Positions 28,546-37,580 of a stretch of DNA of 64,000 bases are shown piece after piece. A program made the position numbers and the translations under genes. The stretch spans positions 2,319,443 through 2,383,442 of the forward strand of contig OZ246889.1 of NCBI GenBank assembly GCA_965231825.1. Direction: 5' to 3'. How positions within the stretch are numbered: the stretch's first letter is position 1; the number at the start of each line of letters is the position of its first letter. Source of the stretch: Acidobacteriota bacterium (GTDB lineage Bacteria; Acidobacteriota; UBA6911; RPQK01; JAJDTT01). Below the pieces are notes generated by a model that had not been told where the DNA came from, did not search any database, and saw only the letters and a program-made list of their open reading frames with translations.

Positions 28546-28627
28546 TGAATCACACGAAGGCTGATGGGGAGCGGCGACAGTCTCCGCTCGGTCTGCGTGG
28601 CCCGCAGCCGCCGCAGAAGGGCCGGCG

Positions 28628-30742
28628 TCAAACGCGCATCTCTTCCAGCATCGCCGCGATCTCCTTCTCCACCTGCCGGATGTCGGCCTTGATCTCTTCC
28701 AAGGGACGGGGCGGCCGGTATTCGTAGAAGTAGCGATTGAAGTTGATCTCGTAGCCCACGAGCCCGACCTTTCCGTCCTGGGGGTCCCGGCGCTTCGAAT
28801 CGATCCAGGCGTCGGGAATGTGGGGCCTCACCTCGCGCTCGAAGAACGACTCGACAGCTTCGCTGAGGGGCACGTTCTCCGTGTCGCGGAGCTGCGGATC
28901 GGGCTCGGGCCGGCCCTTCCGGTCCCGGCAGACCGCGGCTTCGGTGTTGCGCTCGGACAGGGCGGAGAGCACAGCCTTCTTGATCGGCGCGGTGAGTTTC
29001 GGCCCGGCAGTTTGCGCTGCCCGGGAGAGCTCGGATTCGAAGTCAGCCCGATCCAGGAAGAGCCGGTCGGGCAGACTCCGGAGGAGGTCGCGGATCGTGG
29101 CCTGCTTCTCACGGCCCGCCCCTTCGTCCTTGGCCTTGGCCGCGCCCCTCTTTCGCGACCGCGCCAGGTTGATGAAGGCGCGCTGGTCGTCGAGCCGCGC
29201 GATCCGCTCGGGGCTGGCCTGGAAATCGAGCCGGAGCGGCCGTTCGACCGTGATCTTGCGGAAACGGAAATGCGTGGCCGGGTAGATGCGGCTGACGACC
29301 ACCTCCCGCTCCTCGCCGTTATCGTCCACGTTGCGGGTCGCGCCGTCCTCGAATTCCGCCAGCAGCCGCAGGATGTCCTCCTTGCGGTCGAACGGGATCT
29401 CCCGGCGCTTGGCTCCCAGGCTCTTTCGCAGCAGGACCCAGAACGACGTGGCGTTGATGAGCTGGACCTTGCCCCGCCGCTCGGGCCGTTTCCGGTTGGT
29501 AAGCACCCAGACGTAAGTGGCGATCCCGGTGTTGTAGAAGAGTTGTTCGGGCAGCGCGATGAGCGCCTCCAGCAGGTCGTTCTCCAGAATCCAGCGCCGG
29601 ATCTCACGCTCGTCGCTGCCGGCATAGCCCGTGAAGAGGGGCGATCCGTTCATGATGATGGCGATTCGGGAGCCGCCCTGTGAGGGTTCCTTGGAGTGCC
29701 CAAGCATGTGGAGGAGGAACAGGAGCTGGCCGTCGCTGATCCGCGGCAGACCCGGTGCGAAACGGCCGGCGGCGCCCCGGTCGTGCTCGGCCCGCACCGC
29801 GTCCTGGTCGCGTTTCCAGTCCTTGCCGTAGGGCGGATTGGCGATCATGTAGTCGAAGCCGGTTCCGGCGTGCCGGTCGTTCGAGAGCGTGCTCCCAAAG
29901 AGTACTCTCTTCGCGTCGCGGCCTTTTTTCGACTTTATGAAGAGGTCCGACTTGCAGATGGCATAGGTCTCCGGGTTCACCTCCTGGCCGAACAGGTGGA
30001 TGTGAGCGCCTGGGTTCACGGGGTTGGCCAGACGCGTGCCCTCTCGTATCTCGCCGAGGGTTGTGTGCTCCTTGGCGATGGTGAGCATGCCGCCTGAGCC
30101 GCAGCAAGGGTCGTAGACGCTTCGCGCAACGCCCTTCTTGCGCAGTTCTTCCTCGTCGCCGGCCAGCATCAGGTCCACCATGAGATGGACCACGTCGCGG
30201 GGCGTGAAGTGCTCGCCGGGATTTTCGTTGAGTGCCTCGTTGAATTTCCGGATGAGCTCCTCGAAGATCGTGCCCATCGTGAAGTTGTCGATGGCATTCG
30301 GATGGAGATTCACCTTCTTGGGGTCGCCGAAGCGCTGCATGACCAGAAAGAGGAGGCCCGCCTCGTCCAGCTTGGAGATGGTGTTGTCGAAGTCGAACTT
30401 CTCCAGCACCTCGCGCATGTTGGGACTGAACCCGGCGATGTAGTTGCGCAGGTTCTGCGCGATGTGTGGCGCGTCGGCGAGCAGCTTCGCGAAGTCGTAA
30501 CGCGAGGTGTTGTAGAAGGCGAATCCGGAGGCGCCTTGAAGCAGTCGGTCGGGGTTTTCGATCCTGCCCGTGTATTTGGCTTGAACCTCCAGCACTTTCG
30601 ACTTGGTGGGGGCCAGTACGCAGTCGAGCCGGCGAAGCACGGTGAGCGGGAGGATCACGTCCTGGTACTTTCCGCGCTTGAAGGTGTCGCGGATCAGGTC
30701 CGCCACCCCCCAGATGAAGCTGGTGATCTCGCTGTGGTTCAT
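28628..30742 (-). CDS. hsdM: Type I restriction-modification N6-adenine DNA methyltransferase HsdM
   Basis: HsdM N-terminal domain (SFIWGVADLIRD), AdoMet motif I (DPCCGSGGML) and motif IV (NPPYG). Start at ATG 30742 (MNHSEITSF). Confidence 0.95.
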   Translation of the reverse strand: MNHSEITSFIWGVADLIRDTFKRGKYQDVILPLTVLRRLDCVLAPTKSKVLEVQAKYTGRIENPDRLLQGASGFAFYNTSRYDFAKLLADAPHIAQNLRNYIAGFSPNMREVLEKFDFDNTISKLDEAGLLFLVMQRFGDPKKVNLHPNAIDNFTMGTIFEELIRKFNEALNENPGEHFTPRDVVHLMVDLMLAGDEEELRKKGVARSVYDPCCGSGGMLTIAKEHTTLGEIREGTRLANPVNPGAHIHLFGQEVNPETYAICKSDLFIKSKKGRDAKRVLFGSTLSNDRHAGTGFDYMIANPPYGKDWKRDQDAVRAEHDRGAAGRFAPGLPRISDGQLLFLLHMLGHSKEPSQGGSRIAIIMNGSPLFTGYAGSDEREIRRWILENDLLEALIALPEQLFYNTGIATYVWVLTNRKRPERRGKVQLINATSFWVLLRKSLGAKRREIPFDRKEDILRLLAEFEDGATRNVDDNGEEREVVVSRIYPATHFRFRKITVERPLRLDFQASPERIARLDDQRAFINLARSRKRGAAKAKDEGAGREKQATIRDLLRSLPDRLFLDRADFESELSRAAQTAGPKLTAPIKKAVLSALSERNTEAAVCRDRKGRPEPDPQLRDTENVPLSEAVESFFEREVRPHIPDAWIDSKRRDPQDGKVGLVGYEINFNRYFYEYRPPRPLEEIKADIRQVEKEIAAMLEEMRV

Positions 30743-30951
30743 GCCGGGTCCGTTGAATTTAACAGATTGCCGGACTTGGATACGGAACAATGAACAGGCA
30801 CTCTGCTCGACCCCGATCCTGACCCTCCGAGGCCAACTCCAAAGACCGGGACGTGTTACCTCTTGTCAACACTGACCGGGCTCCGTCTGTTCGGCGGCGG
30901 GTATTCTGGTGTAGCCTTCGGGAGAATTCTGAAAAAGAGATGGAGGATCTC

Positions 30952-32127
30952 ATGACTTGGAGAACTATTGCCGCAGCAGGTGTGCTGGCGATCGGAGCCA
31001 TTGCCTGCGCAGCTCCTGACGACCCAGGCTCGGCCGATGAGCGTGCGGACACCACGGAGGCGCCCCGCCACGTCAAGGTCTACTTCGAGAAGGGCATGTT
31101 CGGCGGCTGGCCGGCCAACCACGGGATCTGGATCTGGGGTGAGGAGATCCTCGTCGGATTCGGCATGGGCTACTACAAGGATCAGGGATTGCGGCACCAC
31201 ATCGACCGCGAAAAACCGGAGATTCCCATGCTGGCCAGGAGCCTCGACGGCGGCGAGACCTGGGCGTTGGAAGATCCGACGGCCAATGGGCACCTGATCA
31301 CCGAGGGCGGTTATCTGCACGGGGTCACACGGCCGGGTTTGACGATTCCTCCCATGCGCGAGAGCGAGGGCGGCATCGATTTCACCCACCCCGACTTCGC
31401 CCTGACGATCCGCACCAACAGCATTCACGCCGGAATCGGCCGCGTGTTCTACTCCTACGACCGGGGGCGCTCCTGGAACGGTCCCTTCCGGCTGCCCGAT
31501 TTCGACACTCCCGGAATCGCGCCGCGGACCGACTACATCGTCGACGACAAAGACACGTGCACCCTGTTCATCACGGCGGCAAAGCCGAACGGCCTGGAGG
31601 GTCGCCCCCTCTGCGTCCGCACCGCCGACGGCGGAAAGACCTGGAAGTTCCTCTCCTGGATCGCGCCCGAACAGGGGGAGGGTTTTTCCATCATGCCTGC
31701 CTCCGTGCGGCTCAGCGACATGGAGATCCTGGTGACGGTCCGCGATCACGACGGACCTCGACGGTGGATCGCCACGTACCTGTCCACCGACAACGGCGCG
31801 TCGTGGGAATATCTCAACGACGCAGTTCCCGACGCCGGTATTGGAAACCCGCCGGCCATGATCCAGTTGCGGGACGGACGCATCTGTCTGCTCTACGGCT
31901 ACAGGGCCGAGCCCTACAGCATTCGCGCGGTGCTCAGCAGCGACGGCGGCCGGACCTGGGGCGACCACAATACGCTCCGTGACGACGGCGCCAGCCGTGA
32001 CATCGGCTACGTCCGGGCCGTCGAGAGACCGGACGGCAAGGTGGTCGCCGTCTACTACTTCACCGACGAGGCTTCCGGCCCGGAACGGTACATTGGAGCG
32101 ACGATCTGGAGCCCGCCGCCGAAATAG
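30952..32127 (+). CDS. BNR/Asp-box repeat lipoprotein (sialidase-like glycoside hydrolase fold)
   Basis: Lipoprotein signal MTWRTIAAAGVLAIGAIAC. Four Asp-box motifs S-x-D-x-G-x-T-W (SLDGGETW, TADGGKTW, STDNGASW, SSDGGRTW). GGAGG RBS. Confidence 0.7.
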   Translation: MTWRTIAAAGVLAIGAIACAAPDDPGSADERADTTEAPRHVKVYFEKGMFGGWPANHGIWIWGEEILVGFGMGYYKDQGLRHHIDREKPEIPMLARSLDGGETWALEDPTANGHLITEGGYLHGVTRPGLTIPPMRESEGGIDFTHPDFALTIRTNSIHAGIGRVFYSYDRGRSWNGPFRLPDFDTPGIAPRTDYIVDDKDTCTLFITAAKPNGLEGRPLCVRTADGGKTWKFLSWIAPEQGEGFSIMPASVRLSDMEILVTVRDHDGPRRWIATYLSTDNGASWEYLNDAVPDAGIGNPPAMIQLRDGRICLLYGYRAEPYSIRAVLSSDGGRTWGDHNTLRDDGASRDIGYVRAVERPDGKVVAVYYFTDEASGPERYIGATIWSPPPK

Positions 32128-32305
32128 CCTGCAGGTGTCGTCAACGGTCGGTGGCTATGGATAATGTGGGACTTCGCGCGCCGTCCCGCGAGTGTAACTG
32201 AGCTGCCTGAACCGAATGAATGTTTCGGTGGATTGAAATATGGCGAATATCCTGCGCGATCGTCGCGATCTCCGGTGAGAAATGGGGGCTGAAGGAGAGA
32301 TTCTG

Positions 32306-33361
32306 GTGACGGCCGGATCGGGTCCGCGCATCAGATCGATCGCTACGGCGGTTCCGCCCTACCGAATCACCCAGGACGAGGTCAGGGATTTCGGTGCCAG
32401 GTTCTTTGCCGACGATGTCGCGAGTCTGGACCGCCTCCTCGCTGTTTACGAGAACGCAGCGATCGGAGAAGGGTATTGCTGCATGCCCAGAAGCTGGTAC
32501 GGAGAGGCCGGGCATGGCTTCGAGGAGAAGAACCGCCTCTATCTTGAAAACGCGGTGGCGTTGCTGAAAGACGCGGCCATCGAATGCCTGGCCGCCGGCA
32601 ACACCGACCCGGGCGACATCGACCTGATCGTTACCGTCTCGACGACCGGCATCGCGACGCCCAGCCTGGACGCCAGGCTCATGACCGAGCTGCCGTTTCG
32701 CCGCGACGTGCAGAGACTCCCGATCTTCGGTCTGGGATGCGCGGGGGGCGTCCTGGGGCTGGCCCGTGCCGCCGCATGCGCGCGCTCTGCTCCCGGCAGC
32801 CGGGTTCTGTTCCTGGTCGTGGAGCTCTGCACGCTCACGTTCCGCGGCCGTGATCGATCCGTGCGGAACCTGGTCGCCACGGCGCTGTTCCGTGACGGCG
32901 CCGCCGCAGTATTGCTGACGGATGACGGGCCGGGACCGGCGATCTCTTCGTGGGGCGAATACACCTGGCCCGATTCGCTCGACATCATGGGCTGGGACGT
33001 GGCCGATGACGGGTTCGGGGTCGTGTTCTCGCGCAGCATTCCCGACCTCGTGCACTCACACATGCGGAGCGCAACAGAGGAATTTCTTTCGACCCGGAAC
33101 CTGGGCCTTCGGGATATCGACAGCTTCGTCTGCCACCCCGGCGGCGCCAAGGTGCTTGACGCTCTCGAAGAGGCTTTTGGCCTCCCGGCCGGCGGTCTCC
33201 AGCAATCACGGGCGGTATTGCGTGACTACGGCAACATGTCGGCCGCGACCGTGCTGTTCGTACTCGACCGCATCCTCCGGGACCGCACGGCCAATCGACA
33301 TTTGTTGACCAGCCTGGGCCCGGGGTTTTCGGCCGGATTCCTGCTCCTGCAGGCGACGTGA
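32306..33361 (+). CDS. Type III polyketide synthase (chalcone/stilbene synthase family)
   Basis: Active-site Cys (GLGCAGG), CHPGG, GNMSAATVLFVL. GTG start at 32306 with an AAGGAGAG RBS. Confidence 0.9.
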   Translation: MTAGSGPRIRSIATAVPPYRITQDEVRDFGARFFADDVASLDRLLAVYENAAIGEGYCCMPRSWYGEAGHGFEEKNRLYLENAVALLKDAAIECLAAGNTDPGDIDLIVTVSTTGIATPSLDARLMTELPFRRDVQRLPIFGLGCAGGVLGLARAAACARSAPGSRVLFLVVELCTLTFRGRDRSVRNLVATALFRDGAAAVLLTDDGPGPAISSWGEYTWPDSLDIMGWDVADDGFGVVFSRSIPDLVHSHMRSATEEFLSTRNLGLRDIDSFVCHPGGAKVLDALEEAFGLPAGGLQQSRAVLRDYGNMSAATVLFVLDRILRDRTANRHLLTSLGPGFSAGFLLLQAT

Positions 33362-33377
33362 TGCGTCTCTTTTTCCC

Positions 33378-33911
33378 ATGAGCGCGCTGCACCTGGTCGT
33401 CGGATTTCTCGTTCTTCAGCGTCTCGTGGAGCTGGCCATCGCACAGCGCAACCATCGGGCGCTGGCGTCTAAGGGGGCGATCGAGTACGGACGGCGGCAC
33501 TATCCCGTGCTTGTCGCGGTGCACGCCGGCTGGCTGCTGGCGCTGCTTGGCACCATCGATCCGCAGACGCCGGTGTCGATCCCCCTGCTCGCCGTCTTCG
33601 TCCTGCTGGAGTGCGGGCGGGTGTGGGTGGTCGTGACCCTGGGTTCGCGATGGACCACTCGCATCCTGGTCGTCCCCGGCGCCAAACGCATTCGGAGCGG
33701 ACCGTACCGCTACCTCAACCACCCGAACTACCTGATCGTGTGCGGCGAGATCGCCGTGGTGCCGCTGATGTTCGGCGCATGGACACTGGCAGTGATCGCG
33801 TCCGTGTTGAACTTTCTGGCGCTCCGCACGCGCATCCGGATCGAGAACAAGGCCCTGGCGGAGGTCTACGGCGAGGACCAGGGCGAAGTTTCAGCGATGG
33901 ACAGAAGATAG
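33378..33911 (+). CDS. Isoprenylcysteine carboxyl methyltransferase (ICMT)-family membrane methyltransferase
   Basis: 177 aa, multi-TM, C-terminal RIRIENKALAEVYGE motif typical of the ICMT/PEMT family. 17 nt downstream of the PKS, matching the srsA-srsB (alkylresorcinol) pairing. Confidence 0.75.
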   Translation: MSALHLVVGFLVLQRLVELAIAQRNHRALASKGAIEYGRRHYPVLVAVHAGWLLALLGTIDPQTPVSIPLLAVFVLLECGRVWVVVTLGSRWTTRILVVPGAKRIRSGPYRYLNHPNYLIVCGEIAVVPLMFGAWTLAVIASVLNFLALRTRIRIENKALAEVYGEDQGEVSAMDRR

Positions 33912-34074
33912 CGCCCTGATTTCAAAAGGATGAGTCACGAACCCGACCCCGCTGCCGAATGTAAGGCGTAATCGATATCATTGATGTATTGACACGTTCT
34001 TTTTTCGAACATCCGCCGGCCAGGACTGAGATGGATGCGCCCTCGTTTTTCAGAGACTCGACGGAGGTGAAACC

Positions 34075-35634
34075 GTGCAACCGAAAATGACCAAACGCCA
34101 ATTCCTGCAATCCATCGGCGCCGTCTCCGGGGTTGCCGCCATGTATCGGAGCATGAACGCGCTGGGCATGGCCAGTCCGACTACGGCCGGGACGGCCCAG
34201 TTCCAGTTGACGCCGCAGTCGGGCTACGGAACGAAAGTCGTCATCTTGGGGGCCGGCATTTCCGGTCTCGTCGCCGCCTACGAACTGTCGAAGGCGGGTT
34301 TCGACTGCACGGTCCTGGAGGCCACCGGCCGCGCCGGCGGGCGCAACCTCACGGCTCGGGGCGGGGACGTGATCCGGGAGGAGGACAGCCGGCAATGGGT
34401 GGACTTCGACGCAGAAGACCATCTCTATTTGAACCTCGGTCCGGCCCGCCTGCCGCACCACCACGCGACCATACTCGGGTATTGCCGGAAATTCGGAGTC
34501 GACCTCGAGGTCTTCACCAACGACAACCGGGCGGCTTTCTTCCACAACCAGGATCGCTTCGATGGTCCGGTCGTGGCCCGGCAGGTGATGACGGATACCC
34601 GCGGGTATATTGCCGAACTCCTGGCCAAGGCGGTGAACCGAAATGCCCTGGACAGTGAGTTGACCGGCGAGGACAAGGAATTGATGCTTGACCTGCTCCG
34701 GAGCTATGGCGACCTGGACCCGGATGATTTCTACGCGGGCACGAGCCGCGGCGGGCATCTGGGGCCGCACGTCCATGCCGGTCTGGCGCCGGGAGAGGCC
34801 AACGACCCCCTCGATCTGAGTCAACTGCTCCGGTCGGACTTCTGGCAGTACAAGCTCCATTTCAGCCAATTCCTCGATCAGAACCCCACTCTGCTACAGC
34901 CTGTCGGCGGAATGGACGCTATTGTGGCCGCCTTCGAAGAGCGGGTGGAGCCTCTCATCGCATACCGGAGCATCGTCACGTCGATTCGGAAAACGACGGA
35001 CGGAGTTCGCATCGTCTTCCGGCGACGACGCGGTAGAAGGAGAGTCCTGGAGGCGGACTACGCAATTTGCGCCATACCGGCGCCGGTCCTGAGGGACATC
35101 CCCAACGACTTTTCGCCTGAGACGCAAGCGGCGATCGAGTCGATCGAGTTCACCAACGCGGTCAAGATCGGATTCCAGGCTCAGCGGCGTTTCTGGGAGG
35201 AAGACCACGCCATCTATGGCGGCATTTCGTGGACCGACCAGGACATTACGCAGATCTGGTATCCGGCCTACGGCTATCATCGTGAAAAGGGAATCGTCCT
35301 CGGGGCCTATATCTGGGATCCCGAGCCCGGGCTGCGCTACTCGGAAATGACACCGTCCGAACGCTTGCAGGCCGCCGTCGACGAGGGTGAGCTCATCCAC
35401 CCCGGCTATGCCACGGAACTGGAATCGGGCGTGAGCCGCGCCTGGTCCAAGGTCCGGTTCCAGCGGGGGGGGGTGGCCGGAGAGCTACAAGCCGCCGGAG
35501 CAACTCCGAGAGCCCGATGGAAGGATCTATTTCGCCGGCGATCAACTGAGCGCCTTGCCCGGTTGGCAGGAAGGGGCTGCCCTGGCGGCGCAGGCCGCAG
35601 TGGCCGCGATCCACGAACGGGTCATGATGGCCTG
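34075..35634 (+). CDS. Flavin-containing amine oxidase (MAO/L-amino-acid oxidase family) with Tat-like signal; +1 frameshift in a G9 run
   Basis: KRQFLQSIGAVSGVAAM signal, then VVILGAGISGLVAAYEL...EATGRAGGR (FAD GxGxxG). After the G9 tract (35465-35473) the conserved C-terminus ..PDGRIYFAGDQLSALPGWQEGAALAAQAAVAAIHERVMMA* is in the +1 frame and ends at 35634. The track ORF to 35916 is read-through. GTG start with a GGAGGTGA RBS. Confidence 0.7.
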
Positions 35635-35688
35635 AAAGACCGCGCTGGCGGGTACGCTGCAATCACTGCGCAAGCCGCTTTCTCGGAA

Positions 35689-36153
35689 CTACTGGTCGTG
35701 GAAGGTGGTCAGTTCCATGATCTCGTAGTGCTTGGTCCCGCCGGGGGTTCGGATCTGGACCTCGTCCCCCTCTTCCCGGTTCATCAGGCTGCGGCCGATG
35801 GGAGAAGTGGTGGAGATCTTGCCGGCCTTGACGTCCGACTCCTCGCTGGTGACCAGCCGGTAGGTCACCTCGGTTTCGGTGTCCAGGTCGAAAAGGACCA
35901 CGGTGGACCCGTATGAGACCCGGTCGGTGGGGATCTTGCTCAAATTGATGAGGGAGAATTTGGCCAGTCGTGTTTGCAGATGGGAAAGTTGGGCCTGGAC
36001 GTAGGATTGCCGCTCTTTGGCGGTCTGGTACTCGGCGTTTTCCCGGAGGTCACCCAGTTGCAACGCTTTCTTGAGCGCTGCGGGAAGCTCCTCCCGCAAC
36101 TCCCGCTCCAGCTTCCGGACTTCCGCTTCCAGCTTGGCCTTGGCCTCCTTCAT
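35689..36153 (-). CDS. greA: Transcription elongation factor GreA
   Basis: N-terminal coiled-coil, then the FKBP-like C-domain (..YGSTVVLFDLDTETEVTYRLV...PIGRSLMNREEGDEV). Confidence 0.95.
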   Translation of the reverse strand: MKEAKAKLEAEVRKLERELREELPAALKKALQLGDLRENAEYQTAKERQSYVQAQLSHLQTRLAKFSLINLSKIPTDRVSYGSTVVLFDLDTETEVTYRLVTSEESDVKAGKISTTSPIGRSLMNREEGDEVQIRTPGGTKHYEIMELTTFHDQ

Positions 36154-37580
36154 AACCCTGCCGCCTCCCCTGCGATAACAAGAATCTGGGCCGGGTAGAT
36201 CCCCACGTAGAGGGTGCCGGCGGCCATAACTAGTATCACGATCCGCGCCGCCAACGGCACCGGAACAGGATCCGGCGGCGAGGAGGCTTCCTTCATGAAC
36301 ATCAGGACGATGAGCTGCAAGTAGTAGTAGAGTCCCACGGCCGAGGCCAGCACCGCCAGAATCACCAGGGCGACCAGGTCCGCCTCGACGGCGGCCGAGA
36401 AGAGGAAGAGCTTTCCGTAGAATCCGGCCGTCGGCGGGATGCCGATCAGGGAAAGCAGGAAGATGGTCAGGGAGACGCTCAGGAGCGGATGGCGGTAGCC
36501 GATCCCCCGGAAGTCCTCGAGCTTAGTGAACTGCTCGTTCCGGCGGGAGAAGACCTGCACCACGGCGAACGCTCCCAGTGTCATGAGGGAGTAGGCCGCC
36601 AGATAAAAAAGTACCCCCTGGGCGCCTCGAGGACTGTTGGCGATGACGCCGAGCAGGATGTAACCGGCGTGGGCGATGGAGGAGTAGGCCAGGAGGCGTT
36701 TGACATCGGTTTGGGTCAGGGCCGCCACGTTGCCGATGATCATGGTCGCCGCGCAAGCGATCCAGAGCAGGTATTGCCATTGGTCGGCGCTCGCAGGGAA
36801 GACCTGGTGAAGAAGGCGCAGGAGAGTGATCAGGACGGCCGCCTTGGAGCCCACGGCCAAGTGGGCGGTGATGGGCACGGGGGCTCCCTGGTAGACGTCC
36901 GGAGTCCAGACGTGCAACGGCGCCAGGGCCGCCTTGAAGCCGAATCCCACCAGCAGCAGTCCCAGGCCCAACAGGAACGTGGCCGTGTCCGCCTGCCCCT
37001 GGGTCGCCGTTTCGGCGATCCGTGAATATTGGGTCGAGCCCGTTGCGCCGTACAAGAGCGCAATCCCGTAGAGCATGAACGCCGTGGAGAAAGCGCCCAG
37101 CAGGAAGTATTTGAGAGCCGACTCGTTCGACCTGGGATCCCCCCGGCGATAACCGGCCAGGACGTAGCTGGAGATGGAAAGGATCTCCAGCCCCAGAAAG
37201 GTCATGATGAGATCGGCGCTCACGGCCATGAGCGACATCCCCACCGTCGACATCAGCAGGAGAGGGAAGTATTCGCCGTGCCGCAGTCGCTCCCGCTTCA
37301 GGTAGGAGACCGAAATCAGGGCAACCGTCGCGCTGGAGACCAGGAACAGGATCCTGGCGCCGCTGCCCAACGGGTCCATGGACACCATGCCGAAGAAGGC
37401 GGGGCCATGATCGTTCCATTGGAGTACAACGCCGGCCAGCGCTGCGGCCAGGGTCAGCGAAGCGGCATATCCCAGTCGAGCCTGGTGGCGAGACGGAAGA
37501 AGGGGGATGGCCAACATGAGCAGAATGCCGGCTACGGCCAGAAGGATCTCCGGGAGCAGGGCGGTGGGGTTAAGGGACAT
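36150..37580 (-). CDS. nuoN: NADH-quinone oxidoreductase subunit N
   Basis: 14-TM antiporter-like subunit with the NuoN/ND2 family pattern. Last gene of nuoJKLMN. Confidence 0.9.
   Translation of the reverse strand: MSLNPTALLPEILLAVAGILLMLAIPLLPSRHQARLGYAASLTLAAALAGVVLQWNDHGPAFFGMVSMDPLGSGARILFLVSSATVALISVSYLKRERLRHGEYFPLLLMSTVGMSLMAVSADLIMTFLGLEILSISSYVLAGYRRGDPRSNESALKYFLLGAFSTAFMLYGIALLYGATGSTQYSRIAETATQGQADTATFLLGLGLLLVGFGFKAALAPLHVWTPDVYQGAPVPITAHLAVGSKAAVLITLLRLLHQVFPASADQWQYLLWIACAATMIIGNVAALTQTDVKRLLAYSSIAHAGYILLGVIANSPRGAQGVLFYLAAYSLMTLGAFAVVQVFSRRNEQFTKLEDFRGIGYRHPLLSVSLTIFLLSLIGIPPTAGFYGKLFLFSAAVEADLVALVILAVLASAVGLYYYLQLIVLMFMKEASSPPDPVPVPLAARIVILVMAAGTLYVGIYPAQILVIAGEAAGL

Noticed and set aside
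34075-35916. 613-aa version of the amine-oxidase ORF
   Set aside because: The last ~90 aa are frameshift read-through with no similarity to the family. The conserved C-terminus sits in the +1 frame and terminates at 35634.
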